Assembly (NCBI GenBank): GCA_000004985.1
Contig: GG738882.1
Origin: Naegleria gruberi
Taxonomy: Eukaryota
Length of the DNA stretch: 64,000 nt
Strand: one strand, 5' to 3'
The notes under the pieces were generated by a model, which saw only the letters and a list, made by a program, of their open reading frames with translations, was not told the origin of the DNA and made no database searches. Position numbers and translations under genes: made by a program. This document shows, piece by piece, positions 24,815 through 36,630 of the stretch (within the stretch, counting starts at the first letter, position 1; each line of letters starts with the position of its first letter).

Positions 24815-26257
24815 TCAAACATTATTTCCCTCAATTCCTTCCTTAACCTCCGAATGATGCACAACTTTTCCCTTCTCACTTTCTGCCACTTTCTTCCTAC
24901 CTTTCTTCCCAACTTTCTCCTTCAAATTCGAAGGAGTCTTGAACAACCTCTGAACCTCTCTCAACGGTGAAATCAACACCAATTGAATAATCAAAAATCC
25001 CAAAATTGCAATATTCGAAAAGCAATGATAAAACAACAATGAAAATTGCCATCCAGTTGCTCCAGGTAGAAATGCCAATCCCAATAATTGGATGAAAAAG
25101 CAAATTGTTAATCCAATTTGAAGTCCAAGAGATTTTCGAAGTGCCTTCTTTTTGAGTTGATAAGTATTGTCGATTTCTTGGTTTGTCTTGTTGACAGATT
25201 TGGAAAATGACTTGTCAATAACATGTGAAGTGAGGGATTGGTCTTTTTTAGTTGGGGATTGGATGCTGTTGGCGTCTGGAATGGGAGTGGTTGGGGTGAT
25301 GTCAATGTTTTGATGTTTGCTGTCATGTGAAGAAGCACTTTTGACATTGTCACTTGTGCTTGTCAAATCTTCGAGTTCATAAGGTTGAGCAGTTGAGGAA
25401 CCACCCTCTTCCAAGTGATGTGTCGTTCTCTTCATCATTTCTCTAATTTTCTTCTTACTTGCTTTGAGAGCTCTGTATAATCTGAAACCATAAGTCTATT
25501 CGAAATTATTCGAAAAGTTACAATGAAGAAATTCAACAATTACTTACATTCATAAAGATTGCAGTGGCTACCATTCCCATAAACATAATAACCATTGGAG
25601 TGATAAAGATTACGATGGATAATTGCTGTTGACTAATTGGTGAAATTCCACTTCCTCTCAAACCATGTAAAACTGCAATAACTAAAATGTGACCAAGAAA
25701 GAATAACACAAAAAAGATGATTAGGAGAGAGATGAGAAGGTATTTGGATGCTTTGAATTCCTTTTCGGTTATATAGTTGGTCAAACGAGTAGTTTTTAAA
25801 CTAGACGAAAATGAATCGAATAAAAATTTGTGAAAACTTACAAGACAAATCCAATAAAACCCATGATTAAAATTTGATTATACAACAAGACTGCACTCAT
25901 TGATCTATCAATACCCTTAATTACATTATTCAAGTCAAATGCCACTCTATAAATCGGATTAAGAAATGACAATTCACTTGACAATCTCGTGACATTTTGA
26001 AAGAATGAAAAGAAAGCCAAAGCAATATTCATCCAATACAAGATGTGCTGATTCCGTTTCAATTGTCGAAATTGAATAATATAATACACCAACAGAACAA
26101 CAAAGAAAATTAAAAAAATAAAAATTGGACCTCCGTCAATTCCTGCCACTAATTGACTGTACAAGTCAAATGAGAAGGAGGTTGCGTTCTGTGACTGGGT
26201 TTGTTGGATTACATATGCATCTTGAAGAAAATCATCTCCAATATTTCTGAATGTCAT
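24815..26257 (-). CDS. seven-transmembrane orphan membrane protein (~450 aa); exons ~25842..26257, ~25548..25800, ~24815..25495
   Basis: There are seven hydrophobic helices: IFIFLIFFVVLLVYYII, ILYWMNIALAFFSFF, VLLYNQILIMGFIGFV, YLLISLLIIFFVLFFLGHILVIAVL, LSIVIFITPMVIMFMGMVATAIFM, LGLQIGLTICFFIQLLGLAFL, FSLLFYHCFSNIAILGFLIIQLVLI. A ~130-aa hydrophilic loop separates TM5 and TM6. The introns are 41 and 52 nt (GTAAGT donors). The junctions give GFV|F|LKTTR and FMN|TYGFRLYRALK. Confidence 0.55.
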
Positions 26258-27237
26258 TCTTTCTCAATATGCAAACGAAAGCTTTCGAATAATATTGAAA
26301 AAAGTTGATGGACTTGATAACAAGATTACTTCAAGTTGCGAAAGACTTTGTTTTGTTTTTTTTAATGTGAAGTGTCTGTCTTCCGTACATATCATAAATA
26401 AGCCGACTCCTCAATAATTTTTTTATATTTTGCGTCAGTTGTCCAAGAATTTAGGCAACACTTCTTAATTGACATTTTCACGGTATCTGTTTAGAGTTCC
26501 TAGTAAAGAAAAATTCTACTGGTGGTGGAACAATCTTTAGAAACATTGGTTTATAATATCTTTAAAAATCCAACAAGTATCAACCAATCTTTGGCTTTCG
26601 GTTGACTATGTTTCGAATAACTATGCTATTTGTTGGATTGGACCAAGGAGAAACCCTGGTGATGAAATGGTTGCACAAAAGAGTTTCTTGTGGAAATTTT
26701 GAATAATTTCATCAAAGAATCTTTCGAATAAATTTGATTCGTATTCGGTTTAGGCAGGAATTCATGTTTGAGTTTTCTGAAATGTCGCATCCAAACCATG
26801 AACTGCTTGCCACAAGATTTGTTTATCAAGGCTTTTCATTTGTGGATTAGTTTCATTGTTGGAAAGTAAACTAAAGATTGTGAAATAAAGCCAAGGTTCA
26901 TTTCGGCTTAATTTTCATCCAAATCAGAATTATTCGAATCATGCATTCACTACAACTGATATGAATGTAAACATTTTCCATCATCCTCAATGATATCCAA
27001 TAACCTTCTGTCACTGGTCAAAATGTTAGATGATAAAAAATTGATGACAGCCATTTTCCTTTTAACATGCTTCAGATATCAACACTGAAGCAACAAACCC
27101 GTCAACAACTCATCACTGACGACATTTGAAACTCTTCACAAATTGATTACCCATCAATCACCACTCAAACTCTTTCATTAAAAAAAAAAGCAAACACTTT
27201 TCACACAAACACCAACCAACACAGACTACATACAAAA

Positions 27238-27946
27238 ATGTCCTCTGAACAATTAACCCAACAACAAATCAAAGAGTACAAGGAAGCCTTCGCCTTCTTC
27301 GATAAAGATGAAGATCAAAAAGTTTCCAAAGCTGACTTGGAAAAGACCTTCTTATCTTTGGGTGAAAACAAGTCACAAAACGACATTAGAAAGATGATTG
27401 AAGAGTGCGACTCATCACGTACTGGTTTTATTAGTTTTACCGAATTCTTGACTGTTCTCTCACAAAAATTGAAGAACACGTAAGTTTTTTATTTTTCAAC
27501 GTGTGTTGTTAACCAGCGTGCTGCTGCTTCTATTATTTATCATCATGTGATGGTGTTATCATTATCGATTTATTTTCTTATTTCCTTTCCGTGATGATGG
27601 TGTTTCCCGCCCTTTTCTATTTTAATCACATATTTATTAAAAACAAATATTCATGATGGTGATGTGATAACGATGCTATGATGATGAAAATACAAAATAT
27701 TATTCAACACACAATAATAATAATAACAGTGATCGTGAAGAAAAGATCAGAGAAGCTTTCCGTGCTTTTGACGAAGATGGACACGGAAGTATTCCATCCA
27801 AGGAATTGAAGGATGCCTTGTGTAATTGGGGTGAAAAATTCACTGAACAAGAATGGGGCCAAATGAGAAACGAAATTGGTGCTAAGGATTCTGGAGATTT
27901 TGATTATGAACAATTCATCTCAAAGATGTTGAACAAGTCTCAATAA
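27238..27946 (+). CDS. EF-hand Ca-binding protein, myosin light chain/calmodulin-like (152 aa); exons 27238..27479 and ~27730..27946
   Basis: The first EF-hand region is QIKEYKEAFAFFDKDEDQKVSKADLEKTF. The second exon gives ...KIREAFRAFDEDGHGSIPSKELKDAL...DSGDFDYEQFISKM. The 250-nt intron (GTAAGT...AACAG) leaves a split Thr codon (AC|T). Confidence 0.85.
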
Positions 27947-28246
27947 ATTGTGTAATATCGTGTAATACCACTATTCATATTTTGACTGATTGGTTGGAGT
28001 ATTAATACTGAATAAACAATAATTTGTAAACGAATATCAGCAACATGTAAATTTATTGGCAAAGTAAGATTTCACCTTATTGTAAAGGAAGATCTTGCAT
28101 ATCATTTTCTTCACCCTATTTCTCATTCTTTTATCAAAATCTAGTTGTAGTTTTCACACTCTTTTGATAATTTCACACCAAGTTGAGTGTGTTGTTGATA
28201 TTTGAATTGGCTCATTAATCGAATCTCTCTGTCAATTCTCCAAAAC

Positions 28247-29353
28247 TTAATCCTTCAAATACTTAATTTTAATTGCCAACATGAGAGCCAGCAAAAGAAG
28301 AATGTTTCTATTTTGAACGACTTGTTTCTGAGCCATTCTCGAATATTCGAACAGGGAAGAAACCTCCATTGCATGCAGAGAGTGTGAAGTAATGATTTGA
28401 ATAATACCATCCAAAAATTCTTCCATATTGTGAATAGATAATTGAAGTTCATTTCCTATTGGAATGGAAATTATTGGAGACTCAGTCGAAGAAGAGGCTG
28501 GTGATGTAGTAAACTTGAATGAATCCTCAGCATTCTTGTAGAGTGCATCCAATTTTGATTTTTCACGTGTTGAAATTTGAGTCCAATACTTGTTGTGTGT
28601 TCCTGATCGTGTGGAATTATGTGAAATTCCCTGTGTATCTCTAATTTGTGGGCTTCTAAATGGGTTATCATCATCAGAATCCTCATCAGAATCTTCATCC
28701 ACATCCAAATCCTCTTCATCAGAAATAGGAAAATGAGAAAATTGAGGAGGCAGTCCAGGTAACACAAAAGGAGGATTTCTTGTTGCCCTTATTCTCTGTC
28801 TATTATTATTAATCATATTTCTGCTAATTCCATTAATAGTACTTCTCTGATTTACTCTACTGGCCGATCGGCTTGATGGCATGAAAAGTGGAAAATTAGC
28901 ATCATCGGATGAAGAACTTGATTCAGACTCCTCATCCTCATCAGAGTCTTCGTCATCTTCCGAGGATGTAGGTGAGACAAGAGGAGGTAAAGCCTCCTCA
29001 TGTGTTTCTCGATCATAAACAATTCCATCATCTCCTAAATAATGTTCTGCACAGACTTCATCATCATCATCATCAGAATCAGTCTCCCAATTTTCATCAT
29101 CAGAATAGTCAGAATCGTCTTCATCATCGATCAATACTGGAAGATCATCATCACTATCGGAGGCTTCAGAATCTACCAAGGGTGGCAATTCATCATCATC
29201 AGACTCTACCAGTGGAGGCAATTCATCTTCATCCTCTTCCGAAGTTTTATCTGAATCAATTAATGAAGGCATTTCATCTTCACTCTCTTCCGTATCATCA
29301 TCATCATGACGTTTAGAGTTATTCCCATTTGAAAGCCTTTTTCGTTCACTCAT
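28247..29353 (-). CDS. acidic D/E/S-rich protein with ELPPLV(E/D)SD repeats (368 aa)
   Basis: The sequence is MSERKRLSNGNNSKRHDDDDTEESEDEMPSLIDSDKTSEEDEDELPPLVESDDDELPPLVDSEASDSDDDLPVLIDDEDD...EEALPPLVSPTSSEDDEDSDEDEESESSSSSDD. There is no catalytic motif. The C-terminal ~100 aa is non-acidic. Confidence 0.55.
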   Translation of the reverse strand: MSERKRLSNGNNSKRHDDDDTEESEDEMPSLIDSDKTSEEDEDELPPLVESDDDELPPLVDSEASDSDDDLPVLIDDEDDSDYSDDENWETDSDDDDDEVCAEHYLGDDGIVYDRETHEEALPPLVSPTSSEDDEDSDEDEESESSSSSDDANFPLFMPSSRSASRVNQRSTINGISRNMINNNRQRIRATRNPPFVLPGLPPQFSHFPISDEEDLDVDEDSDEDSDDDNPFRSPQIRDTQGISHNSTRSGTHNKYWTQISTREKSKLDALYKNAEDSFKFTTSPASSSTESPIISIPIGNELQLSIHNMEEFLDGIIQIITSHSLHAMEVSSLFEYSRMAQKQVVQNRNILLLLALMLAIKIKYLKD

Positions 29354-29600
29354 TTTTTTTAAATATTTAATTTAAATAATAAAATTTTAAAAAAGTATTG
29401 AAACGTGAATTCTTTATTTCCCTTATTAATACCACACAGATTGGGTTTGTAAATGGAAAAGTATTAATTAAAGGACATACTGAAAAAAGGCAATAAAGTC
29501 TTTATTAAATTATTCCTAGAGTTTGAATTGTTTCTGTACACAAATTGTTGTCTAGTTGTAAAGTGTGTGAATTGATGTGTAATAGTTGTTGTGAATGAGA

Positions 29601-30836
29601 TTATTTTCTATGAATATAATGCGAAGAATCGATTTGATAATAGAAAGGAGGTCTTGTACAATTGATTGATTCAACCTTTTCCATGAATGAAATGTCATTG
29701 TTAGTGACGAGTTTCCATGGATGAAGTTTCGAATGATTTTGATGATGAGAATTGTGGTGATGCTCGGATTTGTTTGATTCGTCAGGAGCACTTCTCGTTA
29801 TGTGTGATAATCCACAAATGCTTGCCTTGACATTAATTCTCTCGGTTAATGGAAGTCTGTGATAAATTCCAATAATTTCCTCGACAACTCTAATCATGGT
29901 AGCAGCATGAGTAATTATCAGAACTGTTGGATCTTGCGTTGTATTGAGAGATTGTTTGAGTTGACTCACATTATTTTGAATATTCACAAATGTTCCTCTC
30001 ACTCTTCTAATAAGATCATACATTAACTCGTGTTGTTTCAATTGGGTGAAATACTTGAGGTAATTAGTTGGATTCAAAGCAAAATATTCAGATTCCAAAT
30101 CTAATTCACTACTATCATATTGTTCTACAATATACTCTGCCAAAAGTGGGAACTCCTTTCTAATAGTTTCAATATTAGGAGGCATCATATCAAAAGACCA
30201 CAATCTCTTCAATCCATAAAATTCCATCAATCCAAAATCAATAAAAACTTGAACATTTAACTTGTAACCATCCTTTTCAGCTTCTTCTAAAACAGCTTTC
30301 AATAAGGTTTCAGTTGTTTGTAAACATCTGTGAAATGGTGAAGTGTAGAGTTGAAAGGTTTTTCTAACTTGTTCATCATTGCTAGGAAGGTCAATTGACT
30401 GTTCTAATTTTTTCAAAATATATTCATTGTATAAATTTTGTCCCAACATTGATGCACAAAAGAATCCTCTATCAGTCAATGGTGGATCTGCTTCATAATC
30501 TCCATTAGCATCGACTGGAGTACTAGGTGTTGATGAAGGTGAAGGAGGAGAAGTAAATGTACCAGTACCATATTTAATGAGTTGAGAAGTTTTCTCTCCG
30601 TGTCTAGTGACAAACAATTCGTTCAATGAAGGAATTGTAAATTGAGGAAAATCAATAGTAATTGGCATTGTTCTATCATGTAAAAAGTGTTGAATCACAG
30701 TTTTTGGTGAAGGAGTTGGTGCACTACTTGATGTATTACTACTATTACTATCAAAACTATTTGATTTGTTTTCTTGGTGATGATGATTTACTTTCAATTG
30801 AAGTACAGGTGATTCATCTATGATATGTATTTCCAA
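29601..30836 (-). CDS. histidine phosphatase superfamily (phosphoglycerate-mutase-like, branch 1) protein (411 aa)
   Basis: The catalytic RHG motif is LFVTRHGEKTSQLI. The second catalytic His is in VLIITHAATMIRVVEEI. The N-terminus is H/N/S-rich. Confidence 0.75.
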   Translation of the reverse strand: MEIHIIDESPVLQLKVNHHHQENKSNSFDSNSSNTSSSAPTPSPKTVIQHFLHDRTMPITIDFPQFTIPSLNELFVTRHGEKTSQLIKYGTGTFTSPPSPSSTPSTPVDANGDYEADPPLTDRGFFCASMLGQNLYNEYILKKLEQSIDLPSNDEQVRKTFQLYTSPFHRCLQTTETLLKAVLEEAEKDGYKLNVQVFIDFGLMEFYGLKRLWSFDMMPPNIETIRKEFPLLAEYIVEQYDSSELDLESEYFALNPTNYLKYFTQLKQHELMYDLIRRVRGTFVNIQNNVSQLKQSLNTTQDPTVLIITHAATMIRVVEEIIGIYHRLPLTERINVKASICGLSHITRSAPDESNKSEHHHNSHHQNHSKLHPWKLVTNNDISFMEKVESINCTRPPFYYQIDSSHYIHRK

Positions 30837-32382
30837 TAATTATTGTTGTTATTCATTCAAAATACAATATACAATTCGTAACGAGATGATTATAATAAAA
30901 CACAAATATTCGAAAATGTTCAACAAAATATTCAAAATATTCGAAAAAGACCAAGTTGAAACTCTACCTGAAAAGACGTTATTTTCCAATCCCTCTGTTC
31001 CATTTGAAGTTGTTGAAGAAGATTTACAACATTCAGAAGCCTTTGTACAATTTTCATTACCACTACAACCACCCAACGTTCTTATAACGGAAGAAGATGA
31101 AGATTCAACAACAACGACCTCAGAATCACATCGATGATTCTCACTGTGGTGGGTCATTTTTTTTGCTTTTTTATTCTGTAACGATTCTTTGGTGAGAGAA
31201 CAAAGTAGGTCGTGGGTTCGTAACGATGGGGAAGCTGTTGTTTTTTTTTATTTTCAATAAAGTCTAGGTTAGAAAGTGTTGTACGAACTTGTGGACATGT
31301 GACAATTTTGAATAGAAACGGGATGGATTGCTGTTACAAGTAATGATGGTTACAAAGGGTTATGTTTTGGATTGTTTTGTTTATGAGGATATTGGTTTCT
31401 TTTTATTTTGAAGTTAATACTTGTAGGATTGGGTTGTTATTATTATATTATAAAATATTTGAAGAATTCAAATAATGGATATCGAAGTAAAAAGTCAAAG
31501 GAATGAAAATATTTAAGGGTTGAATCAATATTTGAGTAAACAATTCAAAATAATTAGGAAGTTTCCTGCTTGGTAGTTCTCAACAATTACAATTTAATTT
31601 CTCATGTATTGCACTTCCTTCCAAAACAATATTTCTATTATCAAGATATTATTGCACTTCATGAAGAGGAATATTTCCCTCTTGTAAAACAGAAAGATAT
31701 TATTGCTCAATTGATGCTTGAATGCTTTCTGGACAATTGCCCAGTCTAGTGATTGGTCCAGACTTTACACAAGTCCAAAAGGAGATTTTAAGGCCGAATA
31801 AGTTTCTGTAATACAATTTTATTCTCCATTAAGGCAACTACAAGTTAACAAGAGGCACACCCATGCAAGAAAAAATCAATTAAATTCTTCGGAGCAAAAA
31901 CTCCGTCTCCTTTTCGCTGTGTCTTTTCTTCAACTCTCGGAAAGGCATTCGGAAGATTTTAACAAAAAAAAGCACGTAAATTCTCTCACCCCAAACTTTA
32001 GACAAACTCTCAAACTCTTGTGTAGAGAACAATAACAATAACAATAATCCAAACTACTACACTATCCCAATATATATTAATACTATTTTTATGAACAAGT
32101 ATACGTTTGAACAAGCGAAAATTATCAATTATCAAATCTATTATTATTCTTCTTCTTGTTACTACAACAATAATAACAACAATATTCCCTATTAATACGC
32201 GCATTCATAAAGCCTGTTTGTTGAAAGAGAGAAAGAACACATTCCCATTACAACCCTCTCCCCTAATTTATTGTTAAAACTCTCAACAGCATGTTATCAA
32301 CTATTAGCTCCTCTCCATCCTTGTTAGACAACAACAACAACAACATGTTGTTGCATCCTCAGTAGCGTTCAATCCTACTCTT

Positions 32383-34320
32383 GTGGGAAGCATTCCTTCA
32401 ACACCAAGAACAACATTAGCTTCTACTACCAATCAAGTTGCTCATCCGAATGTTGTTGTCTCCTCCTCACCATCAATTCATCATCAACCAATGACAAGTC
32501 AATCGACGACGAATTATTACCATACCGATCATGCACAGTATCATTCATTCAGTAATGAAGTTGGAGTTTCGTCTGCCCTTCCTCCCAAGATGCAACAAAA
32601 GAAGAGACATAACACAACTGCCTCGACAAGTTCTTCCTCATCCTCCTCTTCTAATGAGCATACCACCATATTGGAAATTGCTAGTGGTGAAGCTTTGTCA
32701 TCAACAACTAATGGTATAACACCTGCGACTCCAATTCCAGTCCGACAATATCAGCAACCAACAATTCAACCAATTCTCACAATGAATTCCAACACCATTC
32801 AACCACATCAACAGCAGCAGCAACATGGATACTTTATGAATGGATCCACTCAATCATCATTTGATAATACTCAAATGCAATCTCATCAAGGACACGTCAT
32901 GATAATGATGGACGATGATAAGGGAGAAGCAAAGAAGAGAAAGAGAAGAAATCAAGCCAAATCAGCTTGTGAGCAATGTAGAAGAGCTCACACTGCCTGT
33001 ACTGATCAAAAACCTTGTCTCAGATGTGTCAAGTTAGGATTGCAATGTGTTGAAGCTCCTAAAAAGAAACAAAAACCAAATGGTAAAAGCTCATCTGGCA
33101 ATAACAGTCCTCCTCCAACAAATGTTAATAATACATACAGTACAGATACATCTCCTTATGGTAGTGATTTGAGCAGTTTAGCCACCAGAATTCAAAACAT
33201 TCCCAATATGAATCCAATTGCAAGTGAGCAACATCAACATGAATCAGTAATGAATTCAGCAGGAAAGAGCTCTTCAAGTTCTTCCTCTTCTGATGGTGAC
33301 TACTCTTCTGGAACAACCAACAGTCCAACTCAACAAACAACCTCCTATCCTCCTCAAGTTCCTACCATCCAAACTCCACAACCTTCCTTTGCAATTAATA
33401 GATTAACACCTCTCTCAGTTTCTCAATTCCAAACCTTAATTAAGGAAGGCAATGTAGAAAAGGTGCACCAAGTTTGTGAAATTTCCTATCAACTCATTAC
33501 TATGAGTGTGGATGAAATCAAGACTATCTATCCAGTGCTCGTTCCAGCTGGACAAGAACAGTTAACCTTCAATACCAACAGAAATGGGTTCTTATTGGCC
33601 TATTTGTATGGTAAATTCAATATTATGAACGCCATGAGAGATATTTTGTGGAAGCAATACAGATCAGAATACTTTAGTTTCCTTTTCAAGTTAATTTCAT
33701 TTGATGATGATAAGGCACTCATTAGAATGTATCTTCAAGGTATTCAATATGATTTGAATACTGTTGAAAATGAAAAGAGTATTGGTCTGTTGAGTTTCTG
33801 TGCCTGTTGTGGAAGAATTGAAATTTTCAAATTGCTCTGTGAAGAATTCCAATGCTCCCTTTTCCAAGTGAGAAATGAAAAGTATTTACCAATACACTTT
33901 GCCTGTAGTTACTCAAATGTAGAAATTGCAGAATACATCCTCCAAAAGTATCCAATCCAATTGGATATTCAAGTTAACAATAATAGTTCTCCACTATTGG
34001 TTTCAGCAGCATATGGCAGTCTCAAAAGTATCAAATTTTTAATTGATCGAGGAGCCAATGTAAATTTATGTGACATTGATGGTCTGTATGCTATTCACTA
34101 TGCCGTCAAGTACAATCACTTTGCTGTTGTCCAATATCTAGCTCAACATAATGCTGATTTTTCTGTCAAGAATAACTCTGGTCAAACAATATTTGACTTC
34201 GCGACAGATTCAGACAAGAAGTTTATGCTAGAACTAATTGTACAAAACAAAAACCTTAATGATAGAATTTTATTACAGGAGGATATAATCAAAAACATGA
34301 AACCAACATCATGTAAATAA
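32383..34320 (+). CDS. Zn(II)2Cys6 (GAL4-type) DNA-binding protein with C-terminal ankyrin repeats (645 aa)
   Basis: The binuclear cluster is KSACEQCRRAHTACTDQKPCLRCVKLGLQCVE (C-x2-C-x6-C-x6-C-x2-C-x6-C). Ankyrin units include LLSFCACCGRIEIFKLLCEE...LPIHFACSYSNVEIAEYIL...SPLLVSAAYGSLKSIKFLIDRGANVNLCDIDGLYAIHYAVKYNHFAVVQYLAQHNADFSVKNNSGQT. The N-terminus is S/T/Q-rich. The start codon appears to be GTG in the track, and the first in-frame ATG (MTSQST) lies ~35 codons downstream. Confidence 0.75.
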   Translation: MGSIPSTPRTTLASTTNQVAHPNVVVSSSPSIHHQPMTSQSTTNYYHTDHAQYHSFSNEVGVSSALPPKMQQKKRHNTTASTSSSSSSSSNEHTTILEIASGEALSSTTNGITPATPIPVRQYQQPTIQPILTMNSNTIQPHQQQQQHGYFMNGSTQSSFDNTQMQSHQGHVMIMMDDDKGEAKKRKRRNQAKSACEQCRRAHTACTDQKPCLRCVKLGLQCVEAPKKKQKPNGKSSSGNNSPPPTNVNNTYSTDTSPYGSDLSSLATRIQNIPNMNPIASEQHQHESVMNSAGKSSSSSSSSDGDYSSGTTNSPTQQTTSYPPQVPTIQTPQPSFAINRLTPLSVSQFQTLIKEGNVEKVHQVCEISYQLITMSVDEIKTIYPVLVPAGQEQLTFNTNRNGFLLAYLYGKFNIMNAMRDILWKQYRSEYFSFLFKLISFDDDKALIRMYLQGIQYDLNTVENEKSIGLLSFCACCGRIEIFKLLCEEFQCSLFQVRNEKYLPIHFACSYSNVEIAEYILQKYPIQLDIQVNNNSSPLLVSAAYGSLKSIKFLIDRGANVNLCDIDGLYAIHYAVKYNHFAVVQYLAQHNADFSVKNNSGQTIFDFATDSDKKFMLELIVQNKNLNDRILLQEDIIKNMKPTSCK

Positions 34321-34544
34321 ATATTCCTCAATTTTTTATTTTCAAATTCATATTTTACAAAACATTATCTTTGAATTTTCACACCCAACCAGCCAACTGG
34401 AAGATTTTTTGAAAGAGTATCCAATATTCCTCCAATTGCATCTCTATTTCACTCAACAACAGCAAACTCGAAATCTTGTTTTTCCTTATTCATCCACCAA
34501 CTCCGATTCCTATTTAAAAAGATTTTTTAATTTTTTTTAAAAAA

Positions 34545-36614
34545 ATGAAAACAAGTCGGAGCAGCTCGACCTCATCCAACAATTCTTCTCCCTTCATGGC
34601 TGAAAATCTAATGCCCCACAGTAGTGTAAATTTTGATCAGTCGCCAAATGTTGGATCCTCGAAAACGGGAAGAAAGCGATCGAAATCAAGCTCGAAAAAG
34701 CGGAATGAAGAAATACAACCACTCTTGATGAATGTTGGAAATGAAATGAATAATTTGAAGGATGCTAGGGCTCAGTTTAAATTGACTTGTAGCATGGTTT
34801 TGAATATTCTGATTTTTATTTTCAACATGTTGTTTATGTGTTTATTGACAAGTATTTTGGTTTATGTCGTTTCGCCAGTATATATCAATCATGATGTGCA
34901 TAATTTTGGGATTGGAACGATTGATAGTGCAATACCAAGTATTTCTTCATTTAGAGCAGCTTCAATTGATGGAAATGGAAAGGTTTATCAGGGATTTGGA
35001 ATGGGTTTCTCATACAGTAATACAGAGATGCAATCTCTAAATATTAGTGATGGAAACACTGTTGCAGTATCTTTATTTCCTGCATTTCAATCAATTTTAT
35101 TAGCGAGAGCATTGGTGGCCAATAGAGGTGCCATGAGAAATTCATCGTGGGATGTTACTTTGAATAGTATGGTCTTGAATCAGGGACAATCTCTATTTCA
35201 ACCAGAATTTACTTTTACAATATCTAGAAATCAATCAAAAGGTGATAATGAAACTGTTTGGACTCAATTGGAAGCATTTGTGCATTCGAGTCATTACATG
35301 TACTTTTTCCAGAAGGCCAGAACAGCTACATGTCTTGTTATCATGGAAAGATTTATTAGAAATAGACAAAACATGATGACAGTATCAATTTATGGAATTG
35401 TTGGAACTGCACTAAGCAGTACAAGTCATGTCTATACTGATGGACCATTCTTGATCAATAATTATACATTTATTGATGATGGTTCAGTTAATTATGCTAC
35501 CATCAAGAGATCAATTTCCATGACAGCAGTACAAATCGATGGAACTCATCAGGATTTATTTGTGGTTTCACACAATTTCGAAACAGATACATGCATGTAT
35601 CATTCGATTAAGAGTGCAACAGAAATGAGTTCTAATAATCTTCCATCAGGTGTTTCTTGTTACTCTGTTGATACAACCAATACTCAAATGATTGAAACTC
35701 TACAAGATTCAGTAATTGCTGCCACTGAGAGCCATCTTTTCATTTTAGGTACGGATGGAAAGCTGATTGCCATTGAAGCTGTTCCTTCATGTAGAAAGGG
35801 TTATCAAATTGCTGCCAATAGAAATGCTGATATCACAATTCATGTAAAGTCTCTCTATGTGAGTCAGTTCATTTACTCATGTCACAATTCCAACGATCAA
35901 TCTGTTTCACTCCTCCATGGAAAGTTATTCTCTACGACTGGATCTTTCTATTTCCTTCGTCTTGGTACTGAATTTACCAGTATCTTGCAAGGAGATGTTG
36001 AAAGTTCTTGGTTGACAAGTGCTATAAGAGATTTTAAGTATCACGACATTTCTAAAGAGGCAACAGAGATTCCAATTGAGGAATATCACATTTTCCTTAC
36101 CTATGAACGTAAGGAGGGGCGAAAGAGTGTTCTCTACACTATGAAATGTACATGTCCAACCATTAGTATTAGTACGACAGTGAATGTGGATGATCTGTTC
36201 GAGTTGGATGATTACAGTCCATTTTGCTCAATTCCATTCAAGCATGAATCAATTACAGGCAAGACAATATCATTTGGAGTTTCAGCAGTGAAAAACTTTG
36301 GAATTTTAATTACCAGTTTCTATTATTCTTCAAAATCCACCTTAATTCTATCAACAGAACTTGCTAATTGGCAAGGCGGATACAAATGGATTGGAATTAC
36401 TGTACCCTCATATGAACAAACTTCTTCCAGTTCGGTTAGTGTTGCTCAGAGAGGATTAATTGAAATTCCATCATTTGTGAAGGAATATTTAATTGAAGGA
36501 GCTTCCTATTATGCAAATATTGATGGAACAATTACGAGAAAGAAAACACCTTATTATATTGGATATGCTGTGAACAAGAAGAAGTTAGTAATGGATTCTT
36601 CATTTGTTCAATAA
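34545..36614 (+). CDS. hypothetical type II membrane protein (689 aa)
   Basis: ATG start. The basic S-rich N-terminus is followed by a single TM (ILIFIFNMLFMCLLTSILVYVV). Next comes a ~580-aa Cys-containing domain with many N-x-S/T sites. There is no recognisable domain. Confidence 0.5.
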   Translation: MKTSRSSSTSSNNSSPFMAENLMPHSSVNFDQSPNVGSSKTGRKRSKSSSKKRNEEIQPLLMNVGNEMNNLKDARAQFKLTCSMVLNILIFIFNMLFMCLLTSILVYVVSPVYINHDVHNFGIGTIDSAIPSISSFRAASIDGNGKVYQGFGMGFSYSNTEMQSLNISDGNTVAVSLFPAFQSILLARALVANRGAMRNSSWDVTLNSMVLNQGQSLFQPEFTFTISRNQSKGDNETVWTQLEAFVHSSHYMYFFQKARTATCLVIMERFIRNRQNMMTVSIYGIVGTALSSTSHVYTDGPFLINNYTFIDDGSVNYATIKRSISMTAVQIDGTHQDLFVVSHNFETDTCMYHSIKSATEMSSNNLPSGVSCYSVDTTNTQMIETLQDSVIAATESHLFILGTDGKLIAIEAVPSCRKGYQIAANRNADITIHVKSLYVSQFIYSCHNSNDQSVSLLHGKLFSTTGSFYFLRLGTEFTSILQGDVESSWLTSAIRDFKYHDISKEATEIPIEEYHIFLTYERKEGRKSVLYTMKCTCPTISISTTVNVDDLFELDDYSPFCSIPFKHESITGKTISFGVSAVKNFGILITSFYYSSKSTLILSTELANWQGGYKWIGITVPSYEQTSSSSVSVAQRGLIEIPSFVKEYLIEGASYYANIDGTITRKKTPYYIGYAVNKKKLVMDSSFVQ

Positions 36615-36630
36615 AGAAGTGTTATTGTTT

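Noticed and set aside
26626-26829. 67-aa minus-strand ORF in the intergenic region between the 7TM gene and the EF-hand gene
   Set aside because: It is short and has no motif, codon-bias support or splice partners.
30849-31157. 102-aa Ser-rich minus-strand ORF upstream of the histidine-phosphatase gene (and overlapping + ORF 30820..31137)
   Set aside because: No frame-preserving GT-AG junction connects it to the downstream ATG (MEIHIIDESP...), and it has no motif. It is possibly 5'-UTR or a chance ORF, so it was left unannotated.
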